A program made the position numbers and the translations under genes. A stretch of 43,461 nucleotides of DNA, taken from Macrostomum lignano (Eukaryota). Position 1 is the stretch's first letter, and each line of letters opens with the position of its first letter. Shown one piece after another: positions 22,437 to 33,900 of this stretch. The stretch lies in contig NIVC01004519.1 of NCBI GenBank assembly GCA_002269645.1, positions 1-43,461 on the forward strand. The letters run 5' to 3'. The notes beneath the pieces were generated by a model. That model worked only from the letters and a program-made list of their open reading frames with translations, did not search any database and was not told the DNA's origin.

Positions 22437-23241
22437 GTTTAGCGGAATAGGTAACTCTCACTTCCCCATTGTGTGTTCGGACTGCCCTGTAGCTAAGTCA
22501 AGTCAAGAAAGCATTCGCCATTGGTTCTTTAAAATCAAAAAATCCTCAAAATGAATTCACCAAAACATTACAATACTTTGTCAAAACATTAGGCCTACTT
22601 TACCAAAACATTGTATTATATAGCTATTTAATTCTATAAATAGGCCCTAGCAAAACTGTTATTTTTATGGTTAACACAAAAAAACAAATACTAGGCCCTA
22701 TCCTTTCTAAATTAAGTACAAACATATGGCATATGCAATAACAAATAATTAAAGGCTGTAAAGTGCAAATTAAAATATAGTAGCCTATTAGGCAATAGCA
22801 TTTAGCATTAGTATTAACTATGTTAGTATTAGTAATTAAAAAATGTAATTTAAATATACTGTCACAATGGTACCTTATACTATTCTAGCAGTTCTTGTCA
22901 TTGACCCTAGCAGGCTTAGCTGGCCAAGAAACTTCATGTTAATGAATGAAATTTCTTCACATTATGCCATAACAATAAAAATAGCCACTTTGCTTTTTAA
23001 CATTAAACATTATATAGTTAAGATTAAGATGTGGTACAGCTTGCACAGCTGCGCAAGAAAAAATTACCAAAGAATTTGTCTGCACCATGCAACAAAACCC
23101 AAGGCAGTTTTGTGCCACCTAATACTCTGACCAATAAAATTTTGCATTGCAAATACAATTTACTTGAAAGTGAGGTTGGGGGTTTGAAAGAAAGTTCTGG
23201 GCCGTGGGGTTTTAATTCGGCTGACCAATATCCCCTGTGGT

Positions 23242-23525
23242 AATGGCTAGAGTTCCAGCACCGGAACCCGTTTTCTAACAGCTAGGGATCCGGCAGTGCC
23301 GTATAGAAGCATATAAAGACTGCTAAGAACATATCTTAAGAAGTCTGAATATTAGAAGCATCTCGTCCCGAATCTCATCATATCGTCTTAAATTTTAATC
23401 TAGAACAAAATCTCAATATCAGCCACCTGTAGAAAGAAAAATATAATGTTCCATCTATATTATAATGGCACTGCTGGATCCGTAGCCGTTAGAAAATGGG
23501 TTCCGGTGCCGGAACTCTAGCCATT
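23242..23525. mobile_element. MITE with ~65-bp TIRs (AATGGCTAGAGTTCC.GCACCGGAACCC...)
   Basis: Inverted arms read directly; TSD not resolved, so superfamily unassigned. Confidence 0.8.
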
Positions 23526-23585
23526 GCCATCACCCGTGGCTTTAATTATAGAACTGGCAGGTGCATACGTGCGCAAATGTATTAA

Positions 23586-24241
23586 GGCAGTGCTTATCCC
23601 CACGGTACCGTAGGAATAATTTCTGTCTTATTCCAACGGTACCGTGCGAATAATTTTCTGCTTATCCGCACGGCACACTGAGGAGATAGCTGCCCTATCT
23701 TCTACATATGCCGTGCGAATAATTTTCTGCTTATCCGCACGGCACACTAACGAGATAGCTGCCCTATCTTCTACATATGCCGTGGGAAGTTTAGTACATA
23801 CGATTTGAGTGCAGTATAACAACTTTGTTGAATTATTGTTGAATAAGTATACAGAAGGGTATCAGTAAAGCAGAATAACACGCATTTACACATGCATATA
23901 CTAGTCTAGAACTGATTCGAGTTTATACATCAAGATCAACAGCTTCTTAGTATCCTCAGTTCAAATTCCCTTTCAATAAGCTATAAAGTTCTATTCACGC
24001 ACAGCATATTGTAGCAGATAGGGCAGCTAGTAAAGCAGAGGGAATAAAACAGAGGACGTGTAGGGCAGCTATCTCGTCAGTGTGCCGTGCGGATAAGCAG
24101 AAAATTATTCGCACGGCATATGTAGAAGATAGGGCAGCTATCTCCTCAGTGTGCCGTGCGGATAAGCAGAAAATTATTCGCACGGTACCGTTGGAATAAG
24201 ACAGAAATTATTCCTACGGTACCGTGGGGATAAGCACTGCC
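23586..24241. mobile_element. Mutator-like (MULE) foldback element with ~180-bp modular TIRs
   Basis: Exact 9-bp TSD ATGTATTAA (23577-23585 and 24242-24250); near-perfect long TIRs starting GGCAGTGCTTATCCCC; 69-bp internal repeat in each arm. Confidence 0.88.
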
Positions 24242-25356
24242 ATGTATTAAATACAACGTAAAATAAAGCCAGAAATACTGGGCTGCAAGGCCGTGTTTTC
24301 CGAGGATAGAAATAGAATGGCCTCACGAGTGGGACACGGCCGCCCTGTAGTAGTAGTAAGAAAATTTGGCTCAGGCAATTAGCCTGTTTGGCCAATATAT
24401 TATAGAGCTATGTATTTGGAAAAGTTTTCGAAATAGAAGTTTATAAAGACGATTTGCCGCGAGTTAGTAGTAGTAAGAGTTAGAGTTTATTCTAAAAGAT
24501 AAAGTATTTGAAAGCGCGCCAGAATTTTTACGGTATTTTTGGACGAAAAGTGACGACTAACAACTAACAACGAGTATAAATATTAATACAAAAATGAGTA
24601 CAAATTACGAGGTATAGCTTTAATTGCGAAATTACTTTGGCAAGTGAGTTTGTAAAAAAAGATGTCGTATTTTTGAAAGCGCGTGATATTTCAAAGCGTG
24701 AAAAAACGAACATAAACAATACTTCGAAAGAACTTTACGTTTAACGAATAACGACGATTTAAATAGGGAATTAAAAAAGACAGTAAATGAATAAACAACT
24801 GAAAAGCGGATTTGTTACACTGCTAATGCATCTGTAATTCGTTCGTTCCAGCCGTTCGAATCGGTGCGCTTCGGCGTTTCAAACAAACTTAAACGAAAAC
24901 CTCGGCTTGCAGATGACGGGGAGCTCCGCTGCTGAGTTCCTCAGGCTCAGGGGGAGGGTAGCTGTGGTCGCGGCTGAGCAGTCTAGTTTTGCCGACGTTT
25001 AGAAGGCCGAATGCAGAGATTTGTAGCCGATAAGGGAACTTCAAAATAAGCTGGATTTGTCGAGAGTCTTACTAATAGTAGTAGGTCGCTGCCACCACCG
25101 CGATTGTGCGCGGGAAAAGCTCTAAAGCTTATGACTAGCTTGAGTTCGCTCTAGCGCTTCTCAGTAGACCTCTAAGGGTCAAATAATGCTTCCGAGGCCG
25201 GAAGTGGCCGGTTGAGCTGGATCTCATTATTGACGGTTATTAAGGCAATAGTTTCACGCACAGTAGCAATTGACTAAACTTAAATCTTAATCGATAAACT
25301 GATGGGCGAGGCGATCGGAGCTGGTCGGGTCGGGAGATGCTGGGCTTACAGGTAGG

Positions 25357-25674
25357 GTCAGTAGTATATACGATACAAAATTGCCAGCAAACCGTTCTCA
25401 TAATTCAATCAATTTAACACTTTATCAGTGTGAAATGACTCATTTTCCCTTCACATCGCTCGTCTTCACTTCGCTCGTGTTCATTACCGCTCGTCTTCAC
25501 TCCGCTCAACTCGCTCCGCCCATATCCTCGCTAATTCATTTCGGTCAATTTCCCAATTTCACACTTCCAACACTTCCAACACTTCGAACACTTCCAACAC
25601 TTCCAACACAACAAACACTCTATAACCCCAGGCCGCGCCGCAGGCGCGAAGGGTCTTTTTCTGTTACTAAAAAT
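25357..25674 (+). mobile_element. Non-autonomous rolling-circle-type element (DINE-1/HINE-like), copy 1
   Basis: Homologous to 43085-43458; (CACTTCCAA)n microsatellite; 3' GC hairpin CGCGCC-GCA-GGCGCG inside ACCC...GGGT. Confidence 0.6.
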
Positions 25675-26860
25675 GAACCGAGTTTACACCTTTTCAGTTA
25701 TAGTGATACTTTTGATCTGAGACCGTTGCTAAAAATTCAGAGATTATTTAACAACATATTTTGAATGGAATAAGTGATGAAGTTTATTTAAAATGTACTG
25801 CTTTATTTGTCAACAAAATGATGACAAAACAGAACTAAAACTTTATCCGTTAGAGTTGGATGGTTTGTCCAATATACTAAAAATCATCCTTTCCTTCCTA
25901 TATACTTTCCTTCCAATATACTAAAAATCAAAACTATGTACCTACCTACCTACCTACCTACCTACCTTATACCTATCTATATATCTATAGGAACCTTAGT
26001 TTAACTTGACTTTGCGTGGTCCGAATTTCGCGGGGTTTTCTGCATTCGATGCGTATTGATGGTGCGCTGGTACACAAAATTTTGCTAAGAAATCGCTTCA
26101 TTTTTTAGGGATTAAATGTTCGAAAAACTCGATTTGTGCCCCGTTTTTTAAAGTTCAAACAGTTCTTTCCAATTGAGAAGCATTCTGACTGCCGATGGAA
26201 TTGTATTGCATCATAACTCAGTGCCAACTATAGCATTGGTTCTCTACACTGGCGTAGAGAGCTATAAGCGTTGAAAGGTTGCGCAACACATTTTAGCTAT
26301 TGAATTGAGGGGCGGGTATTGCCATTCAATGAGTCCCGGGCATTGGCTTGGTTGCGAATTTCAATGCATCAACTGCAGGCCTCTCACTGTAGCTGGCGCT
26401 GAATGTACACCTTATGAATTTGAATGCTTTAAAGCAGGAATGCCCAACCGTTGTTTGTGCTTCGAGTTTTACACTTTCAGAAGAGAGCCTTGTATTGCTG
26501 GAAAGAGCTAGAAACGCTGAGTTCGAGCATATAATCTGTTTGCTGAGATTTGAAAAATTAAAAGCACAGCATAAAAAAGAAATTTATATAATTTTTACTC
26601 TATATTCTCCTTGTACGCTCTCTCATATCGCAAACCCCTATTTATCGCAACTCCACAATTCAAGCCAGCGCCATTAGATCTAAATTTAGATTGCGTAACC
26701 ATATTGTTGACTTTAATTGTTGACTTTATTAATTGAAACTGATATTGACTGCCTGAGAAATTGATTACGTCGTAACTGCTTCGAGTGATTTCTACTCTAT
26801 GCTGGGAGTTTTCAAAGTGTTGAAATATATAAGTGCTACAATTCATGATATCAAAACGAT

Positions 26861-26930
26861 GAGAGCTAGCCTAGAGGTAAACAGACTGAACTGCTAATGC
26901 AGCGACGTGGGTTCGAATTTTTAGAGTGTT
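26861..26930 (+). pseudogene. tRNA-like cassette (Ser-GCT-like anticodon loop CTGCTAA) in Helitron unit 1
   Basis: A box TAGCCTAGAGG, B box GGTTCGAATT, downstream T run; acceptor stem does not pair. Confidence 0.6.
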
Positions 26931-27129
26931 GAAGTTTTTTATTAAAAAATTTAACTTCAAGAAAGCTAAAGGAACCTTAAAAATGTCAAGTAAATCAGGT
27001 AAAAGAGAAGAAGCTTCGAGCGTTCATGTAGTATAATCAAAAATTTTATTCAACTTTAAAGTTTGAAAAGGTTTAAAAAGGACTATTCCAAAAGATAAGA
27101 AATTAATTATTGTAATAGCTGACGAAATT

Positions 27130-29700
27130 GTTTCACAATCTTGCTGGGGGTACTTTCTATCAGGGGATGCTTGCTATCGGAAGGACGCTTGCTTTTGGGA
27201 ATGCTTGCTCGGGGGAGATTGCTAACTGGGGGAATCACTGAGATGTCAAGGCTTGGTGGGGAAATTCCTGAGATGTCAAGTCTTGGGGGGGGGGGAATTG
27301 CTGAGATGCCAAGGCTAAAGAGGGACTTGCTGAGATGCCAAGGCTTAAGAGGGACTTGCTGAGATGCCAAGGCTTAAGAGGGACTTGCTGAGATGCCAAG
27401 GCTTGAGGGCGAATTGCTGAGATGTGAAGGCTTGGGGGAATTTCCGAGATGTCAATGCTTGGTGGGGAAATTCCTGAGATGTCAAGTCTTAGAAGGGGGA
27501 AATCTGTGAGATATCAAGTCTAAGGGGGGAATTGCTGAGATGTGAAGGCTTGGGGGAATTTCTGAGATGTCAAAATCTTAGGGAAGGGAATTGCAGAGAT
27601 TTCAAGTCCTGAGGGCGAATTGCTGAGATGTCATGTCTTTGGGGGGAATTCTATGGATTGGGGATTCTTTGAATGAGGGAGGGTGCTTCTAATATATATC
27701 TTTGGATAGTGATTCATTGGGGAATTCCTTCGTTGGGGGATTACTATTTCGATGAAGGGTTCTTTGAATGGGGGATTCTTTAGATGAAGGCTTCTTTCTA
27801 TAGAGTGATCCTTTGGATATGAGATTATTTGGGGGGGGGATTCTTTATGAGGGGATTCTTTGGATGGGGAGTATTTCGACGGTGGTTCTTTAGATGAGGG
27901 GATTCTTTGGCCAAGGATTCTTTTGATGGGGATTATTTGAATGGGAGATTCTTAAGAGGGGGATTCTTTGGATAGGGGTGGATGGGGGATTCTTTGGATA
28001 GGGATGGATGGGGGGGTTCTTTGGATAGGGATGGATCTGGGGTTCTTTGGATAGGGATGGATGGGGGGTTCTTTGGATGAGGGATTCTTTGAACGAAGAT
28101 TCTGTGGAAGTCAAGTCTTAGGGGGGGGGGGGAATTGCTGAGATGTCAACGCTTTTGACTGGGAGAAATTGCTAAGATGTCAAGATTTACTGGGGGGAAT
28201 TACTGAGATATAAAGACTTACTGGGTGAATTACTGAGATTTCATTGCTTAATGGGAAATTCCTTAGATGTCAAGTCTTACAGAGGGGAATTGCTGAGATG
28301 GCAAGACTTACTTCGGAAATTACTGAGATATAAAGGCTTACTGGGGGAATTTCTGAGATGTCAAGGCGTGGGGGAAATTTCTGAGATGTCAAGACTTGAG
28401 ACGGGGAGAAATTGCTAAGATGTCAAGTCTTAGGGGGGGGGAATTACTGAGATGTCAAGGCTTAAGGGTAATTTTTGAGATGTCAAGTCTTGGGGAGGGG
28501 AATTACTGAGATTTCAAGGCTTGGTAAGAATGATTCATTGGGAACTTCTTTCGATGGGGGATTCTTTCGATGAAGGGTTCTTCCGATAAAGGGATCTTTT
28601 GGATTGGATTGGATTGGATTTGGATTGTTTGGACGGAGATTATTTGCATGAGGGGATTCTTTAGATGGGGGTTATTTGGATGGGTGTTCTGTAGATGAGG
28701 GGATTCTTTGGCCAAGGATTCTATTTGGATGGGAGATTCTTTGGATTCTTTGGATGGGGGGTTCTTTGGATTCTTTGGATGGGGTTTCTGTTAATGGGGA
28801 TTATTTGGATGTGGATTCTTTAGAGGGGGGTTTTCTGGAGGGGGATTCTTTGGATTCTTTGGATTGGGATTATTTGGACGGGGGTTCTTTAGATGAGGGG
28901 ATTATTTTGTCAATGATTTTTTAGATAAGGGATAATTTGGATTTGAGAATCTTTGGATTATTTAGATGGGGATTTTGTGGATGGGGATTATTTGGATGTC
29001 GATTATTTAGATGGGGATTCTTTGGATATGGATGGATTGGGGGATTCTTTAGATAGGAATGGATGCCGGGTTTTTCTGGATAGGGATGGATAGGAGGATT
29101 CTTTAGATAGGGATGGATGGGGGATTCTTTAGATAGGGATGGATTTGGGATTCTTTGGATATGGATGGATGAGGGATTCATTGGATAGGGATGGATTTGG
29201 GATTCTTTGGATATGGATGGATGAGGATTTTTTGGATAGGGATGGATGGGGATTCTTTGGATATGGATGGATTTGGGATTCTTTGGATATGGATGGATGG
29301 GGGATTCTTTGGATAGGGATGGATTTGAGATTCTTTGGATGGGGATTCTGTGTATGGGGGATTCCTTGGATAGGAAATTCATTGGATGGGGATTCTTCGA
29401 ATCAGGATTCTATCAATGGGGGTTCTTTGAATGGAGGATTCTTTGGATATAGGATTCTTTGCATGTGAGATTCTATGGATGGGCGATTCATTGGATGGGG
29501 AATTCTTCAGATAGGAGGATTCCTTTAGTGGGGAATTGTGTGGATTGTGTGGAGTGGGGAATTGAGTGGATTCTATCGATGGAGATTCTTTAGATGGCTG
29601 ATTCTTTGGATAGGGAATTCTTTGCATGTGAGATTCTTTGCATCAGAGATTTTATAGATGGGGGATTTTTTTGGATGAGGGATTCTTTGGATGTGGGATT
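27130..29700 (+). repeat. Alternating degenerate G-rich arrays: (CTGAGATGTCAAGGCTT..GGGGAATTG)n at ~27225-27640 and ~28105-28525; (GGGATTCTTTGGATAGGGATGGAT)n at ~27640-28105 and ~28525-29700
   Basis: Read directly; the A-B-A-B layout implies an internal duplication. Confidence 0.85.
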
Positions 29701-30252
29701 CAGTGGGGTGAAATTTTATTGCGTGGGAAAACTGTGATTGGAGTTTGGACGGAAATCCCCAACGGGGGTTGGAATTGGCTAGTCCTATATACTAAAAATG
29801 AGTTGTCTGTGGGTAGGTAGGTATGCGATAGATTTCAGAAAAAATGGCTCAACCGATTTTCTTCAAACTTGCACCATTCGATCAGAAATTTTCCTGGGAC
29901 GGTACATGCATCTTGGCTAAGAAATTTCTCAATTCTAAAGGGATTAAATATTCGAAAAACATGTTTTTTTGCAAAGGTCAAGCCAAATTTTTGACTTGAA
30001 ATGCATTGTAAGAATGCTAGAGAAAAAACTGACTGACTGAATTTCAATTGTGATAAAGATTGCATCACAACAAGTTGAAAACAGTGCCGAAGAAATGCAC
30101 ACAAGACTTGATTTAAATTGCGTAACCGTATTGCTAACTTAAATTGGGACTGATACTGGCTGACTGAGAAATGGATTATGTCATACCTTTTTACTCTAAC
30201 CGACTTGCTATAAGAATTGAGTTATAAGGGCCCCAATTTCCAAATGAAAAAA

Positions 30253-30318
30253 GATAGCTCTGTTGCGAACAGACTGGAATGCTAATGTAGCGACCTGGGT
30301 TCGAATCTTAGTAGTGCA
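30253..30318 (+). pseudogene. tRNA-like cassette in Helitron unit 2
   Basis: TAGCTCTGTTG (A-box-like), ATGCTAA loop, GGGTTCGAATC (B box), T run after 30325. Confidence 0.55.
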
Positions 30319-30369
30319 AAAAAGATTTTTTTTATTAAAACACCTTAAAAACACGAAACTGCTAAACAT

Positions 30370-33010
30370 AAAAGAAGCACAATGTCAAACATAGAAGAGC
30401 CACCATGTCGAACATTAAAGAGCCAACATGTCAAACATAAAAGAGCCACCATGTCAAACCTAAACGAGCCACCATGTCTAATATTTAAGAGGCACCATGT
30501 AAAACATATAAGTGACTTTATGTCAACATAAAAGAGCCACCATTTCGAACATTAAACAGCCACCATTTCGAACATTAAAGAGCCACCATGTCGAACATTA
30601 AAGAGCCACCATGTCGACCATAAAAGAGCCACTATTTCGAACATCAAAGAGCCACTATGTCAAACATAAAAGAGCCAACATGTCAAACATAAAAGAGCCA
30701 ACATGTCAAACATAAAGAGCCACCATGTCAAACATTTAGGAGCCACCATGTCAAACATAAATGTGACTTTGTGTCAAACATTAAAGAGCCACCATTTCGA
30801 ACATTAAAGAGCCACTATTTCGAACATTAAAGAGCCACCATGTCGAACATAACAGAGCTACCATGTCAAACATTCAAAAGCCACATTGTCAAACATTAAA
30901 GAGCCATTATGTCGTACATTAAAGAGCCACCATTTCGAACATTAAAGAGCCACCATGTCGAACATTAAAGAGCCAACATGTCAAACCTAAACGAGCCACC
31001 ATGTCTAATATTTAAGAGGCACCATGTAAAACATATAAGTGACTTTATGTCAAACATAAAAGAGCCACCATTTCGAACATTAAACAGCCACCATTTCGAA
31101 CATTAAAGAGCCACCATTTCGAACATAAAAGAGCCACTATTTCGAACATTAAAGAGCCACCATTTCGAACGTTAAAGAGCCACCATGTCGACCATAAAAG
31201 AGCCACTATTTCGAACATCAAAGAGCCACTATGTCAAACATAAAAGAGCCAACATGTCAAACATAAAGAGCCACCATGTCAAACATTTAGGAGCCACCAT
31301 GTCAAACATAAATGTGACTTTGTGTCGAACATTAAAGAGCCACCATTTCGAACATTAAAGAGCCACTATTTCGAACATTAAAGAGCCACCATGTCAAACA
31401 TGAAAGAGCTATAACATGAAGAATATTAAAGAGCCACCATGTCGAACATAACAGAGCTACCATGTCAAACATTAAAGAGCCAACATGTCAAACATTCAAA
31501 AGCCACATTGTCAAACATTAAAGAGTCATTATGTCGTACATTAAAGAGCCACTATTTTGAACATTAAAAAGCCACCATTTCGAACATTAAAGAGCCACCA
31601 TGTCGAACATAAAAGAGCCACCATGTCAATCATTAAAGAGCCACCATGTCAAACATAAAAGAGCCACCATTTTGAACATTAAAGAGCCACTATGTCAAAC
31701 ATAAAAGAGCCAACATGTCAGACATTAAAAAAGCCACCGTATCAGATATAAAAGAGTTACCATGTAGAACAAAAAAGAGCCACTATTTCGAACAAAAAAG
31801 AGCCACCATGTCAAACATGAAAGAGCCACCATGTCAAACACAAAAGAGCCAACATGTCAAACATAAAGAGCCACCATATCAAACATTTAAGAGCCACCCT
31901 GTCGAATATCAAAGAGCCACCATGTCGAACATTAAAAGTCACCATGTTAAACATTAAAGAGCCACCATATCAAGCATAAAAGAGCCACCATGTCAAACCA
32001 AAAAGAGCCACCATGTCGAAAATTTAAGAGCCAAAATGTAGAATATAAAAGAGCCACCATGTCAAACCTAAAAGAGCCACCATGTCGAACACTTAAGAGC
32101 CACAATGTAAAATATTAAAGAGCCACCATTTCGAACATATAAGTGACTTTATGTCAAACATTAAAGAGCCACCATGTAAAACAAAAGAGCCACCATGTTA
32201 AACATAAAAGAGCCACCATGTAGAATATTAAAGAGCCACTATGTTGAACATTAAAGAGCCATCATACTGAACATTAAACAGCCACCATGTCAAACCTAAA
32301 AGAGCTACCATGTCAACATAAAAGAGCTACCATGTCAAACATTAAACAGCCATCATGTCAAACCTAAAAGATCCACCATTTCGAACACTTAAGAGCCACA
32401 ATGTAGAATATTAAAGAGCCACCATGTCAAACAAAAGAGCCACCATTTCTAACATTAAAGAGCCACCATGTCAAACATTTAAGAGCCACCATGTCGAACA
32501 TAAAAGAGCTATACCATGAAGAACATTAAAGAGCCACTTTGTCGATCATTAAAGAGCCACTATGTCAAACAATAAAGAGCCACCATGTCAAACATTTAAG
32601 AGCCACCATGTCAATTATATATGTGTCTTTATGTCATACATTAAAGAGCCACCATTTCGAACATTAAGGAGCCACCATGTCAAACATTTAAAAGCCACCT
32701 TGTCAAACATTAAATATCCACTTTGTCGAACATTAAAGGGCCACTGTGTCAAACATAAAAGAGCCACCAGGTTAAACATTAAAGAGCCACCATGTCAAAC
32801 AATAAAGAGCCACCATGTCAAACATAAAAGAGCCACCATGTCAAACATAAAAGAGCCACCATGTCAGACATTAAAAAGCCATCGTTTCAAACATAAAAGA
32901 GTTGCCATGTAGAACATAAAAGAGTTGCCATGTAGAACATAAAAGAGCCACCATGTCAAACATAAAATTTACACAATTTCAAACGTAAAAGTAAGCGAAT
33001 ATTAAAGGAG
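30370..33010 (+). repeat. 22/23-bp satellite (AAAGAGCCACCATGTCAAACAT(T/A))n
   Basis: About 115 diverged copies; a ~527-bp block is duplicated (from 30457 and 30984). Confidence 0.95.
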
Positions 33011-33054
33011 CCACTATAATGCTAAGGAAATTGTCGCACTAGCTACTTATTGTC

Positions 33055-33900
33055 TGGTGGATGCTTGCTATTTGGGGATGCTATCTATGTAGGGGATGCT
33101 TGCTATCTGGGGGATGCTTGCTATCTGGGGGATGCTTGCTATCTGGGGGATGCTTGCTATCTGGGGGATGCTTGCTATCTGAGGGATGCTTGCTATCTGG
33201 GGGATGCTTGCTATCTGGGGGATGCTTGCTATCTTGGGGATACTTGCTATCTGGGGGATGCTTGCTATCTGGGGGATGCTTGCTATCTGGGGGATGCTTG
33301 TTATCTGGGGGATGCTTGCTATCTGGGGGATGCTTGCTATCTGGGGGATGCTTGCTATCTGGGGGATGCTTGCTATCTGAGGGATGCTTGCTATCTGGGG
33401 GATGCTTGCTATCTGGGGGATGGTTGCTATCTAGGGGATGCTTGCTATCTGGGGGATGCTTGCTATCTGGGGGATGCTTGTTATCTGGGGGATGCTTGCA
33501 ATCTGGGGGATGCTTGCTATCTGGGGGATGCTTGCTATCTTGGGGATGCTTGCTATCTGGGGGATGCTTGCTATCTGAGGGATGCTTGCTATCTGAGGGA
33601 TGCTTGCTATCTGGGGGATGCTTGCTATCCGGGGGTTGCTTGCAATCTGGAGGATGCTTGCTATCTGGGGGATGCTTGCTATCTGGGGGATGCTTGCTAT
33701 CTTGGGGATGCTTGCTATCTGGGGGATGCTTGCTATCTGAGGGATGCTTGCTATCTGGGGGATGCTTGCTATCTGGGGGATGGTTGCTATCTAGGGGATG
33801 CTTGCAATCTGGGGGATGCTTGCTATCTGGGGGATGCTTGCTATCCGGGGGTTGCTTGCAATCTGGAGGATGCTTGCTATCTGGGGGATGCTTGCTGTCT
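33055..33900 (+). repeat. 18-bp satellite (GATGCTTGCTATCTGGGG)n
   Basis: About 46 units with constant 18-bp period, giving long open frames on both strands. Confidence 0.95.

Larger units (their letters stand above)
17482..22506 (+). mobile_element. Non-LTR retrotransposon (RNase H-bearing, LOA/R1-group-like), internally deleted, with target-site duplication
   Basis: TSD gagagcattcgcca (17468-17481) / gaaagcattcgcca (22507-22520); 3' tail AAGTCAAGTCAA; ORF1 remnants, APE endonuclease, RNase H and CCHC motif; no RT. Confidence 0.85.
25868..29782 (+). mobile_element. Non-autonomous Helitron-like unit 1
   Basis: 5' TCCAATATACTAAAAAT, (TACC)n, head homologous to units 2 and 3, 3' hairpin AATCCCC-AAC-GGGGGTT then CTAG at 29779-29782. 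Confidence 0.72.

Noticed and set aside
20810-22461. Similar ORFs 20810-21280 (+) and 22201-22461 (-), looking like an inverted gene pair
   Set aside because: Both are chance frames in the two MITE copies
24960-25010. NVGKT on the minus strand as a P-loop GTPase motif
   Set aside because: Lacks the GxxxxGKT spacing and downstream G-box motifs
27107-32912. ORFs in G-rich and 22-bp arrays (HPYPKNP, GFFGYGW, KEPPCQT-type repeats)
   Set aside because: Satellite translations with frequent frame changes
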